DNA of 64,000 nucleotides from Syntrophales bacterium (lineage in GTDB: Bacteria > Desulfobacterota > Syntrophia > Syntrophales > UBA2185): contig JBEKXK010000004.1 of assembly GCA_049512055.1 (NCBI GenBank), forward strand, positions 5,065 to 69,064. The letters are read 5' to 3'. Of the stretch, positions 21,321 to 30,062 are shown piece by piece. The notes beneath the pieces were generated by a model, which saw nothing but the letters and a program-made list of their open reading frames with translations, did no database searches and was not told the origin of the DNA. Made by a program: the position numbers and the translations under genes. Each line of letters opens with the position of its first letter. Position 1 is the stretch's first letter.

Positions 21321-21647
21321 TTAACGTAAAACGACCTCCTTCAATACACCGTTTACGAATGTCATTTCCGCCAGTTTCTTCGTTGCGGAGACGCGGCGCT
21401 TACCCGTGAGATCGATCACATTGACACCGGTAAGATCGTAGCTCTTGTTCCCTTCCAGGTAGAGCACGTTATTTGCAATCTTCTTCACAAACTGAGAGGA
21501 TTTAGAAACCTGTGTCTGATTCGCGGGCGGGTCGCCTTTCCCGCCTACAGAGCTTGCGGCCATGCGCGCTCCTGCATCAGTGACGGAGACAACAAAAAAT
21601 AAAGATATAATCAGAGCGCATATTATTTTCTTGTTTTTCGACATCAT
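21321..21647 (-). CDS. small secreted protein of unknown function
   Basis: 108 aa with a signal peptide (KKIICALIISLFFVVSVTDAGA). It sits 30 nt upstream of pilY1 on the same strand. I recognise no family. Confidence 0.55.
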   Translation of the reverse strand: MMSKNKKIICALIISLFFVVSVTDAGARMAASSVGGKGDPPANQTQVSKSSQFVKKIANNVLYLEGNKSYDLTGVNVIDLTGKRRVSATKKLAEMTFVNGVLKEVVLR

Positions 21648-21789
21648 TCACCTCCTCGTCATATTCCGTGAGCTGACCCCATCTCCAGGGATAATCTCGG
21701 GTTAAGGATAGCCTCACCTCTGGAAAGCATGAAAAGCTTGCCGTGGCGATTGCGGGATTGCCCGTTTCCCGTATTTTCATGGGGCATAC

Positions 21790-22263
21790 CTAACGCTGCA
21801 TGGTGGTTCCGCCTTCAACGGGGCCATACCCGACCCCCACACCGATGGTCACCTGTGTATTATATTCCGTATTTCTTCCAACCACATCGATATTATATCT
21901 GCTCTGCCTCCACGGATCGGAGTAGCCTGCAATCTTAATCAATATGGGACCCACCGTCGGGCGTGTGGCCGGATAATTAACGGTATAGCTGGACACACCG
22001 TCGGCCCTGTTGGTAGTCTGAGGGATACCGATGGGGTTCTGGGGATCAAATGTCTGTGACATGCTGTGAATGCCTGTATCCGCCGCCGCAAGGGCCCTCT
22101 TTTCACCGACAATTTTCACGCTGACCCTGATATCCTGCGTTGATAGAGAAATAACCAGCATCCCCAGGGCGAGAAGTATCAGGCAGGCCATGATGGCCGC
22201 GATGAGGGCAAATCCCGCCTCGGAATTCTTCTGGGAGACCGCTGTCAGTATTTTCTTATCCAT
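21790..22263 (-). CDS. pilX: PilX-like minor pilin
   Basis: N-terminus EAGFALIAAIMACLILLALGMLVISL, followed by KRALAAADTGIHS, which is PilX_N-like. Operon position fits. Confidence 0.7.
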   Translation of the reverse strand: MDKKILTAVSQKNSEAGFALIAAIMACLILLALGMLVISLSTQDIRVSVKIVGEKRALAAADTGIHSMSQTFDPQNPIGIPQTTNRADGVSSYTVNYPATRPTVGPILIKIAGYSDPWRQSRYNIDVVGRNTEYNTQVTIGVGVGYGPVEGGTTMQR

Positions 22264-22276
22264 GGTTGCTCCGGGA

Positions 22277-23035
22277 TCAATAGTTCATCAGGGTCTCACG
22301 GGTCTTATAGATCATCCTCCGCGTCAGGCCCGTACTCGGATCGATTTGATCCGTTTCGACCGCCAGGGTAATCTCTATCATTCTTATATCTGCCGTACAT
22401 CCCGGCAGGCAATTTCTTCCTGCGCCCAGGAGCTCAACCCCCTGGCCGTCAAAGTACCGGAAGACCGGAACGTTGACATCGGCGTCGGCATTGATCACCC
22501 TTACCGTCCGCGGACGGCCGCTCGCGATAATATCCCCGAGGAAGGGCTGGGCCCCCCCGCAGTTTGTCTCTCTCGTAATATACCTGTCATTGCCTGTCTG
22601 CACAAAGTTATACCTGATGATCTCGTTGGTTTCCGTAAGGACGCCGTTGCCGTCAGGATTGCCGTTGGCGTCGACGCCGCCGTTGACATCCATTTCCACG
22701 GTGATCGAATTTGCTGTAGCCTCCTGTATCCCCTTGTATGCCTGATTTACGGACTGGCCTGCTGGGCTGGGGTCGCAAAAGCCAGCCGTTCCCGGATTCC
22801 CGTTACTCCGCCAGATGGTCGTGGAAAATGACGGGTTATAGGAGGCCATCTTGATCTCCAGTGCCATGATCTCCAGGGCGCCCCTTACATCCTGCTGGGC
22901 AGTAACCTTTCTCTCTATACCCCCGGAAGACCTCGATGCGGACTCGATGGCCACGCCGATGGCGAAGAGCATGATGAGCGAGACACAAATGGCTATCGCG
23001 ATCTCGACAAGTGTAAAGCCTCTCGCGTCATTCAT
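22277..23035 (-). CDS. pilW: PilW-like minor pilin (prepilin-type N-terminal cleavage/methylation domain)
   Basis: MNDARG|FTLVEIAIAI is a prepilin leader. The start is trimmed to the ATG at 23035; the ORF track extends to 23071. Confidence 0.75.
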   Translation of the reverse strand: MNDARGFTLVEIAIAICVSLIMLFAIGVAIESASRSSGGIERKVTAQQDVRGALEIMALEIKMASYNPSFSTTIWRSNGNPGTAGFCDPSPAGQSVNQAYKGIQEATANSITVEMDVNGGVDANGNPDGNGVLTETNEIIRYNFVQTGNDRYITRETNCGGAQPFLGDIIASGRPRTVRVINADADVNVPVFRYFDGQGVELLGAGRNCLPGCTADIRMIEITLAVETDQIDPSTGLTRRMIYKTRETLMNY

Positions 23036-23048
23036 ACGGTTCGCCCCA

Positions 23049-23534
23049 TTAGAAACCCGCCGGCACGGCATTTGAACTATTTACACATCCTGTCGGAAAT
23101 TTGTAACCATCCTGTTGCGAGACAACGGCGCTCTCCACAAGATTCCTGTAATTGCGTAAGACTTGGTCCGGCCAAGTAACCGTGACTGTTACCGTCCATT
23201 GATTGATGGTACCGGCGACGGCGGTGATGTTTGTGTTCACCGTGTACGTGGCATCCCCCCGAACCTCTGCCCCCAGGCCGCTGACGATGATGGTTTGTAC
23301 AGGCCTGTCCCCTATGGGGACCACGTTGCAGGGATTCATGATCCATGCCTCGCGGAGTTCAAGCTCTCTATGCAATATGCCGGCGCCCCTGCCCATGTAG
23401 TCTGACTTTCCTATGGTTCTCCAGGCTGATGGCTGCATTGACAGGATGGCCATAACGCCGACAGCGACCAGAAATATGGCGATAACCACCTCGATGAGGC
23501 CGATACCCCGGTTAGACAATATTAAACGTGACAT
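23049..23534 (-). CDS. pilV: PilV-like minor pilin
   Basis: Leader ...SNRG|IGLIEVVIAIFLVAVGVMAI, 161 aa. Position lies between the fimT-like and pilW-like genes. Confidence 0.75.
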   Translation of the reverse strand: MSRLILSNRGIGLIEVVIAIFLVAVGVMAILSMQPSAWRTIGKSDYMGRGAGILHRELELREAWIMNPCNVVPIGDRPVQTIIVSGLGAEVRGDATYTVNTNITAVAGTINQWTVTVTVTWPDQVLRNYRNLVESAVVSQQDGYKFPTGCVNSSNAVPAGF

Positions 23535-24000
23535 AGGTTCTTCCCGTCAAATTGACCGTAATCGTAGCTTGAGAGTTTCTGCTGTTCTGGAGAACAACGC
23601 CGTCCAGTCCCCCCCCCAAGGGTGATACGGTGCCCCGCGGATTAAAAATAACCGTCGGCGACGCGCCTGCGCCGAATGTGGCGCCGACGATCCTAATACC
23701 TGACCCGAACAATAATGAGGGGCTCTTGGTCGTCAAGTTGGTGACAACCACGCCTACAACCGACTGGATCGTATAGCTCCCGGGTGCAGTAGTATCAAAA
23801 GCGATTTGATATGTAATGTTTTCGGAAACCGCTCTTTCCTTGTATAAGGCAAGGTCAGAGGCAATGTCTCTCGCGGCAGTCCTGAGATTTCTGTTTAATG
23901 TATAGTTGTGCAGGATCAATCCACCGATGGCTGAAATCAATGCCAGCATACAGACGACGATCATCAGCTCCACAAGCGTAAATCCTTGAGGACGTTTCAT
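23512..24000 (-). CDS. GspH/FimT/FimU-type minor pilin
   Basis: MKRPQG|FTLVELMIVV is a prepilin leader. The body (TAARDIASDLALYKERAV) is GspH-like. The start is trimmed to the ATG at 24000. Confidence 0.75.
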   Translation of the reverse strand: MKRPQGFTLVELMIVVCMLALISAIGGLILHNYTLNRNLRTAARDIASDLALYKERAVSENITYQIAFDTTAPGSYTIQSVVGVVVTNLTTKSPSLLFGSGIRIVGATFGAGASPTVIFNPRGTVSPLGGGLDGVVLQNSRNSQATITVNLTGRTYVTFNIV

Positions 24001-24001
24001 A

Positions 24002-24808
24002 CTATTTCTTCCCGTCAATGAGGTCTAACAGTTCCGGCTCGGGTAAAGCCCCCACTTTGAGCCTGCCATCGGGCAGTATCATAGAGGGCGTTCCCCCGAT
24101 GCCGAACGACTTAGCAAGCTTCATAGAATTATCTATCTCATCGGTGGCACACTCCGTCTTCGGTATCTCCCTGTTTTCGAAGTTGTCCTCCAGCATCTTT
24201 ACCGACTTGTTACAGACGATGCTCTTTGCCTTCCAGTAAGCGTCCTTATGAAACTCCAAAGGCAAAAACTTGATATAAAAAGCTATGTCCTTCCTCTTGG
24301 CTACGATCTGTTTCATCGTCTGGTGGAGCTGTCCGCAGAAGGGGCAATCAGGGTCTGTAAATACCACTACTTTTTTCGCGGCGTCCTTCTCCCCCAAGAC
24401 GAGGATATCAGTCAGCGGTATTTTCGCTATATCGATCCTTTTCTTGTCCTGAATCCTGTGAATAGCCTCCATAGTCTTGTTGGTCATAGTAGACACTTCT
24501 ACCAACTGGCCAATGATCAGGTAGTTTTTGTCAGCGTCAAGATAAAATATTTTCGTCTGCCCCATGATTTCGACAACTACTTCACAGACACCCTTTATGG
24601 GACTGTCTGTGATGCCGAGCACCTCAGCGTCAGGTGCGTTGAGCTTCTTCAATATCTCTCTTAACCCTTCTTCGCCTAAGGAAATGCAGTCTTTCTTCAC
24701 CTGGCCCGCTTCTGCTCCCCACGCGACGCCACTTCCTACAGGAAAAGATGCAAAAAGCGATGCACACAACAGACATAAGAAAGCAGAGAATAGGCTTTTT
24801 CTTGTCAA
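24002..24808 (-). CDS. DsbC/DsbG-like periplasmic thiol:disulfide isomerase
   Basis: Thioredoxin-fold CxxC (DPDCPFCGQLH), a DsbC-like N-terminal dimerisation region and a signal peptide. The proposed start is TTG at 24808, preceded by GAGAGGTGG; the ORF track extends to 24913. Confidence 0.75.
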   Translation of the reverse strand: MTRKSLFSAFLCLLCASLFASFPVGSGVAWGAEAGQVKKDCISLGEEGLREILKKLNAPDAEVLGITDSPIKGVCEVVVEIMGQTKIFYLDADKNYLIIGQLVEVSTMTNKTMEAIHRIQDKKRIDIAKIPLTDILVLGEKDAAKKVVVFTDPDCPFCGQLHQTMKQIVAKRKDIAFYIKFLPLEFHKDAYWKAKSIVCNKSVKMLEDNFENREIPKTECATDEIDNSMKLAKSFGIGGTPSMILPDGRLKVGALPEPELLDLIDGKK

Positions 24809-25531
24809 TGCGCCACCTCTCTCGCTATTTTTTTGACGCTTTTTTATCTCATATTTTCTCGGTGAAATCAAGAAACCCATTCCTTGCAAACGTCGAATGG
24901 CGCGGTGTTTCACAATGTGGCGGGGTCAGACGGGTGCCTCAGTAAAAGGGCCGTAGGTTACTTCATCACAGAAGGTCATTCCAATCGTCCGGCAACCCTG
25001 CCGCCGTATCCGCTTTAATAAAGAAGATTTAGGCCAGTGGCTTTACGTCCCGTCCTTTCGGACAGTTTGCCTTTTTCAGGACTCTCTTTATGATTTCAAA
25101 GATTATACGATTTCTTCAGGGAGTCTTGCTATTCCCCCTCTCCATATTTGTATCGGCAATAAAAAAGAAATCTTTAGTGCTTTTTCCACATAAAATCTAA
25201 GACTGAATATCTATGACGCAATCAATATGCCACGCAACTGCACGTCTGCATCTCTAAATGGATAAAATCAAAAGCCTGCAATTTTTTTTGTAAATTGGAT
25301 TCGCCTCATCATATCTGACGAGAAAAACTTCTCAGGAGTCTTGCCAAAAAGCGGTGATTATAACCAATCATATGTATGAAATTCATCCCGGAATTGGCTT
25401 ATAATTACTGGGTATTTTTTCAATTAAACGTCGTGGATTTCTTGCTTGACACGTTATAGGTGCTGTGTTACAGCTCACACCTGTCCAGGCCGCTGCAGTA
25501 AAATTCGCTGATATTCAAGATACATGACCAT

Positions 25532-26230
25532 ATGGACGATACTGCCACCAAAGAAAGAGAGGAGTTTCTTTCGATCGCGGAAGCCTATATAGATAAGAAT
25601 CTGTATAAAGAGGCTGCGCATATAGCCGAATCATGGCTTAAGCGCTACCCAATCGATGCCGATGCGAATATTATACGCTGCCACGCTCTGCTTAAGATGG
25701 GGCATCTTGAAGAACTCAGTGAAGTACTGGATGACCTGGAAGCCAAAGTCCTTGAGTTGTCGCGGATCTATCATCATGTCGGAGATCTCTGCTTGAATGC
25801 GGGATTGACGAAAGAGGCAATAAATTTTTATCGAAAATTTATATTTCTAAATCCCACTGTGGCGAGTGCAAGAGGAATCTACGATAAGGTCAATGACCTT
25901 GCAGCCCAAATAGATGACTCGTTCACAGGAGGAGATGTGGATACGCCTAGCCATTCTGACGGCGTTGTGACTGATTTCTGCACCACAACCCTGGCTGAGC
26001 TGTACATCAGGCAGGGTCACCTTGATATGGCCATCAATGTACTTGGTGAAATACTCAAAAGAGAACCTGAAAACAAATTGGTTGCGGATAGGTTAAACGA
26101 TGTAATGGCAATGCAGCATGACGGCATCAGAGAAAAGACGTCTTTACATATAGAGCAGGATGCTGCTGCAATCAAGGAGCTGACAAGGTGGCTTGAAAAT
26201 ATCGGCAGGTTAAGAAGCCATGCATCATGA
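25532..26230 (+). CDS. TPR-repeat protein
   Basis: 232 aa with TPR-like helices at both ends (LAELYIRQGHLDMAINVLGEILKREPEN). It overlaps the pepP start by 11 nt. Confidence 0.6.
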   Translation: MDDTATKEREEFLSIAEAYIDKNLYKEAAHIAESWLKRYPIDADANIIRCHALLKMGHLEELSEVLDDLEAKVLELSRIYHHVGDLCLNAGLTKEAINFYRKFIFLNPTVASARGIYDKVNDLAAQIDDSFTGGDVDTPSHSDGVVTDFCTTTLAELYIRQGHLDMAINVLGEILKREPENKLVADRLNDVMAMQHDGIREKTSLHIEQDAAAIKELTRWLENIGRLRSHAS

Positions 26231-27308
26231 CTCCCCGGCGCCTCCTGAAAGGATGGCAAGGGTAAGGGCTATTCTTCATGAACTCGATATTGATGCCCTG
26301 CTTCTTCTTGATATGAAAAATGTCCGGTATCTTACGGGCTTCACAGGCAGCGACGGGGCGCTAGTGATAGGAGAGAAGCAAGAGACCCTCCTTGTTGACG
26401 GCCGCTATACTAATCAGGCAAGAAAAGAAGTCGAGGGGCCCCATGTCTTCGAGTATAAAGATAAGATAGATGGAATCGCGGCAATCCTTTCAGACGGGAG
26501 TTTGAGATCCGTCGGGTTTGAATCGCAGGCGATGAATGTCAACAGCTATTTGAACCTGAAGGAGAAACTGGGCGCCTTGAGGCTAAACCCGCTCTCCGAC
26601 GAAATCGGCGCCCTCAGGGCCGTCAAAGATGAGAAAGAAATTGCGTATATCAGAAGAGCGGCAGAGATATCGTGTGAGGCCCTTACTGCCGTTCGAGATC
26701 TTATCAAGCCGGGCATAAGAGAGACGGATATTGCCATAGAGCTAGATTTTCAGATGAGGAGATGCGGTGCAGAACAAGTTTCCTTCCCGACTATTGTAGC
26801 GTCGGGAGCGAACTCAGCGCAACCCCACGCGCAGCCAGGGTCGCGGGCGATTGTTAATGGAGATATGGTTATAATAGATTGCGGCGCTGTATATTGTGGT
26901 TATCATTCTGATGAAACCTGCACATTTGCCGTCGGCCATAAGGACAAGAAACAGGAAGAGGCATACTCCCTGGTAAAGACTGCTCACGACCGGGCAAGGG
27001 ATGCTGTCAAGGCCGGCATCCCTTGCGTGGAAATCGATCGCATTGCCAGAGAGTACATTGAGACTGGCAAGTTGGGCAAGTATTTCACGCATGGTACAGG
27101 CCACGGTGTCGGGCTTGATGTTCACGAAGCGCCGCGGATAGCAAGCAATTCGGTAATGGTCCTTGAGGCGGGGATGGTATTGACCGTAGAACCAGGTGTC
27201 TATATACCGGACCTCTGGGGCGTCCGCATTGAAGATATGATATTGGTTAAAGAGGAAGGGTGTGAGGTCTTGACAAGAGTATCGAAGGACTTCACAGTGC
27301 TCCGTTGA
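26220..27308 (+). CDS. pepP: Xaa-Pro aminopeptidase (M24B family)
   Basis: Creatinase-like N domain and metal ligands in the context DCGAVYCGYHSDETCTF, HGTGHGVGLDVHE and EPGVY...GVRIED. Confidence 0.85.
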   Translation: MHHDSPAPPERMARVRAILHELDIDALLLLDMKNVRYLTGFTGSDGALVIGEKQETLLVDGRYTNQARKEVEGPHVFEYKDKIDGIAAILSDGSLRSVGFESQAMNVNSYLNLKEKLGALRLNPLSDEIGALRAVKDEKEIAYIRRAAEISCEALTAVRDLIKPGIRETDIAIELDFQMRRCGAEQVSFPTIVASGANSAQPHAQPGSRAIVNGDMVIIDCGAVYCGYHSDETCTFAVGHKDKKQEEAYSLVKTAHDRARDAVKAGIPCVEIDRIAREYIETGKLGKYFTHGTGHGVGLDVHEAPRIASNSVMVLEAGMVLTVEPGVYIPDLWGVRIEDMILVKEEGCEVLTRVSKDFTVLR

Positions 27309-27354
27309 TACTAAAAAAGGAATACAATAAATTTATGTATTAGGATGCCGCGAT

Positions 27355-27753
27355 ATGAAGGTATTTCCAGATGATCTTCTTTACAACAGGGAACATGCAT
27401 GGGTCAGGGTTGAAGGTGAATTAGCTACCATTGGTATCACGGATTACGCCCAGGAAAAATTGGGAGAAATCCTCGCTATAGAACTGCCCGAAGTTGACTC
27501 CTATGTGGAAAGGGACGAACCTTTCGGAACTATTGAATCTGCAAAGGGTGTGTTCGAGCTTATTTCACCCGTGAGTGGTGAGATAGTGAGTGTCAACGAA
27601 GATATATTAGACGACATTGGCATTGTCAACAGTGACCCCCACGATACAGGATGGATGATCACTCTGGAGATGTCGGATTCGGAAGAGCTTGACGATCTCC
27701 TGGATCCAAGAGAATACCATGACTTTGTACTTAAAGAAGCGGAGAGTGACTGA
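27355..27753 (+). CDS. gcvH: glycine cleavage system H-type lipoyl carrier protein
   Basis: 132 aa with YNREHAWVRVEG, GITDYAQEKLGEI and the lipoyl-lysine context IESAKGVFELISPVSGEI. Confidence 0.9.
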   Translation: MKVFPDDLLYNREHAWVRVEGELATIGITDYAQEKLGEILAIELPEVDSYVERDEPFGTIESAKGVFELISPVSGEIVSVNEDILDDIGIVNSDPHDTGWMITLEMSDSEELDDLLDPREYHDFVLKEAESD

Positions 27754-27762
27754 CCCTGTTTC

Positions 27763-28608
27763 ATGATATGGAGATTCCTTTCATTCAAGCGCTTGAATGC
27801 CTTTGAAAACATGGCCATTGACGAGGCCATATTCCGGGAAAATCAACGGACCGATTCACCGCCCACACTCAGATTTTACAGTTGGTCCCCTGCATCAGTG
27901 TCTCTGGGATATTTTCAGGAAACCCGGAAAGAGGTCAACGTTGAAGCGTGCAGAAGATATTCGGTAGACATCGTCCGGCGCCCAACAGGGGGGAAGGCCG
28001 TACTTCATGAAAATGATCTGACCTATGCCATAATTGCCAGTGAGCATAATCCCCTCTTCCCACCAGACATCTTGGGAACATACAAGGTCATCAGTAGCTG
28101 CATCGCCGGTGGACTATCGGAGCTTGGCATAGAAGCCGAGCTGGAGGGTAACAGGAGATCGTATCAGAACGATTCCCTGAAAGCTGCCTGTTTTTCGTCT
28201 CCTTCCCGATATGAGCTGCTGGCAAAAAAAAAGAAAATATGCGGCAGTGCCCAACTAAGATCAAAGGGTATTTTCCTTCAGCATGGCTCAATCCTGGTTG
28301 ATTTTGACCCCGTCAAGACATGTACCGTCCTGCTGCCGCAGCAGGACGACCGGAGTCGGCAAACCGAGAAGCTGCGCGGGTCTGTAACCTCGATATATGA
28401 GCAAATCGGCTCTCCCGTGCCTGTGGAAAATATCTGCCGTGCCATGAAAAGGAGTTTTGAAAAGAAGTTGGATATCGAGCTGGTGGAGGGATGTCTGACC
28501 CCTGAAGAGGAGTCCTTGAAGTTACGGCTGATGAATTATAAATATATGAATGATAAATGGAACATGGAAGGCAAGGTCGCTTCAGGTGGACGTAAGAACT
28601 CTGATTAA
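27763..28608 (+). CDS. lipoate-protein ligase/octanoyltransferase family protein (LipM/LplA-type)
   Basis: NMAIDEAIF, LRFYSWSPASVSLGYFQ, RRPTGGKAVLH and KICGSAQLR. A Cys sits in AACFSSPSRYEL, reminiscent of the LipM acyl-thioester site. It is adjacent to gcvH. Confidence 0.8.
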   Translation: MIWRFLSFKRLNAFENMAIDEAIFRENQRTDSPPTLRFYSWSPASVSLGYFQETRKEVNVEACRRYSVDIVRRPTGGKAVLHENDLTYAIIASEHNPLFPPDILGTYKVISSCIAGGLSELGIEAELEGNRRSYQNDSLKAACFSSPSRYELLAKKKKICGSAQLRSKGIFLQHGSILVDFDPVKTCTVLLPQQDDRSRQTEKLRGSVTSIYEQIGSPVPVENICRAMKRSFEKKLDIELVEGCLTPEEESLKLRLMNYKYMNDKWNMEGKVASGGRKNSD

Positions 28609-29650
28609 AAAGGAAGTGCGCGAGCAGGAATGTTATCGGGCTGACATCATGTCCTATCGCGCCAAAATGGATGCGAATGAGAGCCCCTTTTCGCTTTCTC
28701 CCCTGCTTAGAAAAAAACTGTTCGAAGAAATAAAAAAAGTTTCCTTAAACAGATACCCGGAGCCGGGTGCGCCCCTGATCAGGAAACGCTTTGCCGAACA
28801 CTACGGCGTAGCCGATAATATGATAATGATCGGCAACGGATCTGATGAGCTTATTCAGATCCTCTGCGCCACTCTGGTAAATTCATCTTCAGTCGTCATG
28901 GTTCCGGTACCGACTTTTGTCATGTACAAGATTATCGCATCAAATTCCGGTCATGCGGTGGCAGAGGTGCCCCTAGGTGCCGCCTTTGATTTGGACCTGG
29001 ATGCAATGCTAAACCGGATTGCCAAAGATGCACCCGTACTGACCTTCCTGAGTTACCCCAACAGTCCTACGTCAAACTGCTTCAGTGAAAAGAGTGTCGC
29101 GGCCATTGTTGAGGCATCAACAGGAATTGTGGTTGTAGATGAGGCTTACGGCAGCTTCGCTGGAAAAACCTTGCTGCCCCTATTGAATAAATATGACAAC
29201 CTGGTTATATTGAAGAGCCTCTCTAAACTGGGACTTGCCGCCATCAGGATAGGCTTCTTGATCGGCTCCCCGACTCTCATTCGTGAACTCGACAAGGTGA
29301 GACTCCCCTATAATATCAATACACTTTCCCAGGTCGCTGCCGGGTTCTATTTGGATCACATTGATACGTTTTGGGGTCAGACGAGGGATATAATTGCAGG
29401 TCGTGAAGAGCTCCTCCGCGCTCTTGGGAAGATCGAGGGTGTACATACCTATCCTTCAGATGCAAATTTCATTTTTTTTAGTTGCGATTTTGATACGGAT
29501 AACATATACTCCGTCTTAACCCAGGAGGGAATTCTTATTAAGAATCTGAACTCTCCCGGGGTCTTGCAGAATTGTATGAGAGTTACCGTTGGTAACCGCG
29601 AAGAAAATCGAGAATTCTTAAAGGCTTTAAAGAAAATCCTTCAAAAGTAA
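28586..29650 (+). CDS. hisC: histidinol-phosphate aminotransferase
   Basis: MDANESPF, YPEPG and the PLP lysine context LKSLSKLGLAAIRIGF. The start is uncertain: a GTG at 28586 fits the family N-terminus, while the ORF track begins at 28550. Confidence 0.85.
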   Translation: MDVRTLIKKEVREQECYRADIMSYRAKMDANESPFSLSPLLRKKLFEEIKKVSLNRYPEPGAPLIRKRFAEHYGVADNMIMIGNGSDELIQILCATLVNSSSVVMVPVPTFVMYKIIASNSGHAVAEVPLGAAFDLDLDAMLNRIAKDAPVLTFLSYPNSPTSNCFSEKSVAAIVEASTGIVVVDEAYGSFAGKTLLPLLNKYDNLVILKSLSKLGLAAIRIGFLIGSPTLIRELDKVRLPYNINTLSQVAAGFYLDHIDTFWGQTRDIIAGREELLRALGKIEGVHTYPSDANFIFFSCDFDTDNIYSVLTQEGILIKNLNSPGVLQNCMRVTVGNREENREFLKALKKILQK

Positions 29651-29798
29651 GGAGTGTGGTCTAACATAAGGTAACAGAGGGTAGTTTACGGCAAAGGCGT
29701 TTTTGTCCAGTGTCGTACTGCCCTTTTTTTGTCCCCTTTTGGCTCAACGTTTAAAGAATCTATATATCGTTACTAAAAAAAAGAAAGGAAGGGTTGTT

Positions 29799-29990
29799 TT
29801 GGAAGTAAAAGTATATGACAATGACATTGAAAAGGCCTTGAAAATCCTGAAGAACAAACTTTCAAAAAGCGGATTGTTTAAGGAGCTAAAGCTGCGGAGA
29901 GCCTATGAGAAGCCTTCTGTGAAGAGGAAACGCAAAGCCATTGAAGCTCGCAGACGTTATGCCAAGGTTCAGCGCCGCAGAAGTTACTGA
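29799..29990 (+). CDS. rpsU: 30S ribosomal protein S21
   Basis: LEVKVYDNDIEKALKILKNKLSKSGLFKELKLRRAYEKPSVKRKRK. A TTG start at 29799 is preceded by AAAGGAAGG; the ORF track extends to 29703. Confidence 0.85.
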   Translation: MEVKVYDNDIEKALKILKNKLSKSGLFKELKLRRAYEKPSVKRKRKAIEARRRYAKVQRRRSY

Positions 29991-30062
29991 TAATTTTTTC
30001 AACAGCAAGAACCATTATCACCGAGGCCGGGGTCTCCTGCCGGATGCTCACGGAGACCCGGA

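Noticed and set aside
18230-21324. Many 60-200-aa ORFs on both strands inside pilY1
   Set aside because: All are nested in the continuous 1168-aa PilY1 frame, which has vWA and propeller motifs. No independent signals support them.
22070-22831. 253-aa plus-strand ORF and neighbours (22473-22745, 22851-23075) opposite pilW and pilX
   Set aside because: They are antisense to genes with clear prepilin leaders. They are Arg/Ala/Pro-rich, typical of spurious ORFs in locally GC-rich DNA.
17784-24808. Apparent locally higher GC content in the pilY1/minor-pilin operon, considered as a sign of horizontal transfer
   Set aside because: I spot-counted only a few 60-nt lines, which ranged from 37% to 70% GC. 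There is no flanking tRNA, integrase or repeat. A proper windowed GC and codon-usage computation is needed before making any claim.
25236-25252. Sigma54-like sequence ATGCCACGCAACTGCA on the plus strand
   Set aside because: The invariant GG of the -24 element is GC here, and the -12 element reads CTGC rather than TTGC. It lies about 280 nt from the nearest plus-strand gene.
25460-25500. GGTGCTGTG...CACACCTGTCCAGG, faintly reminiscent of SRP RNA
   Set aside because: It lacks the conserved SRP domain IV motifs and the required length. It is more likely a 5'-UTR hairpin of the TPR gene.
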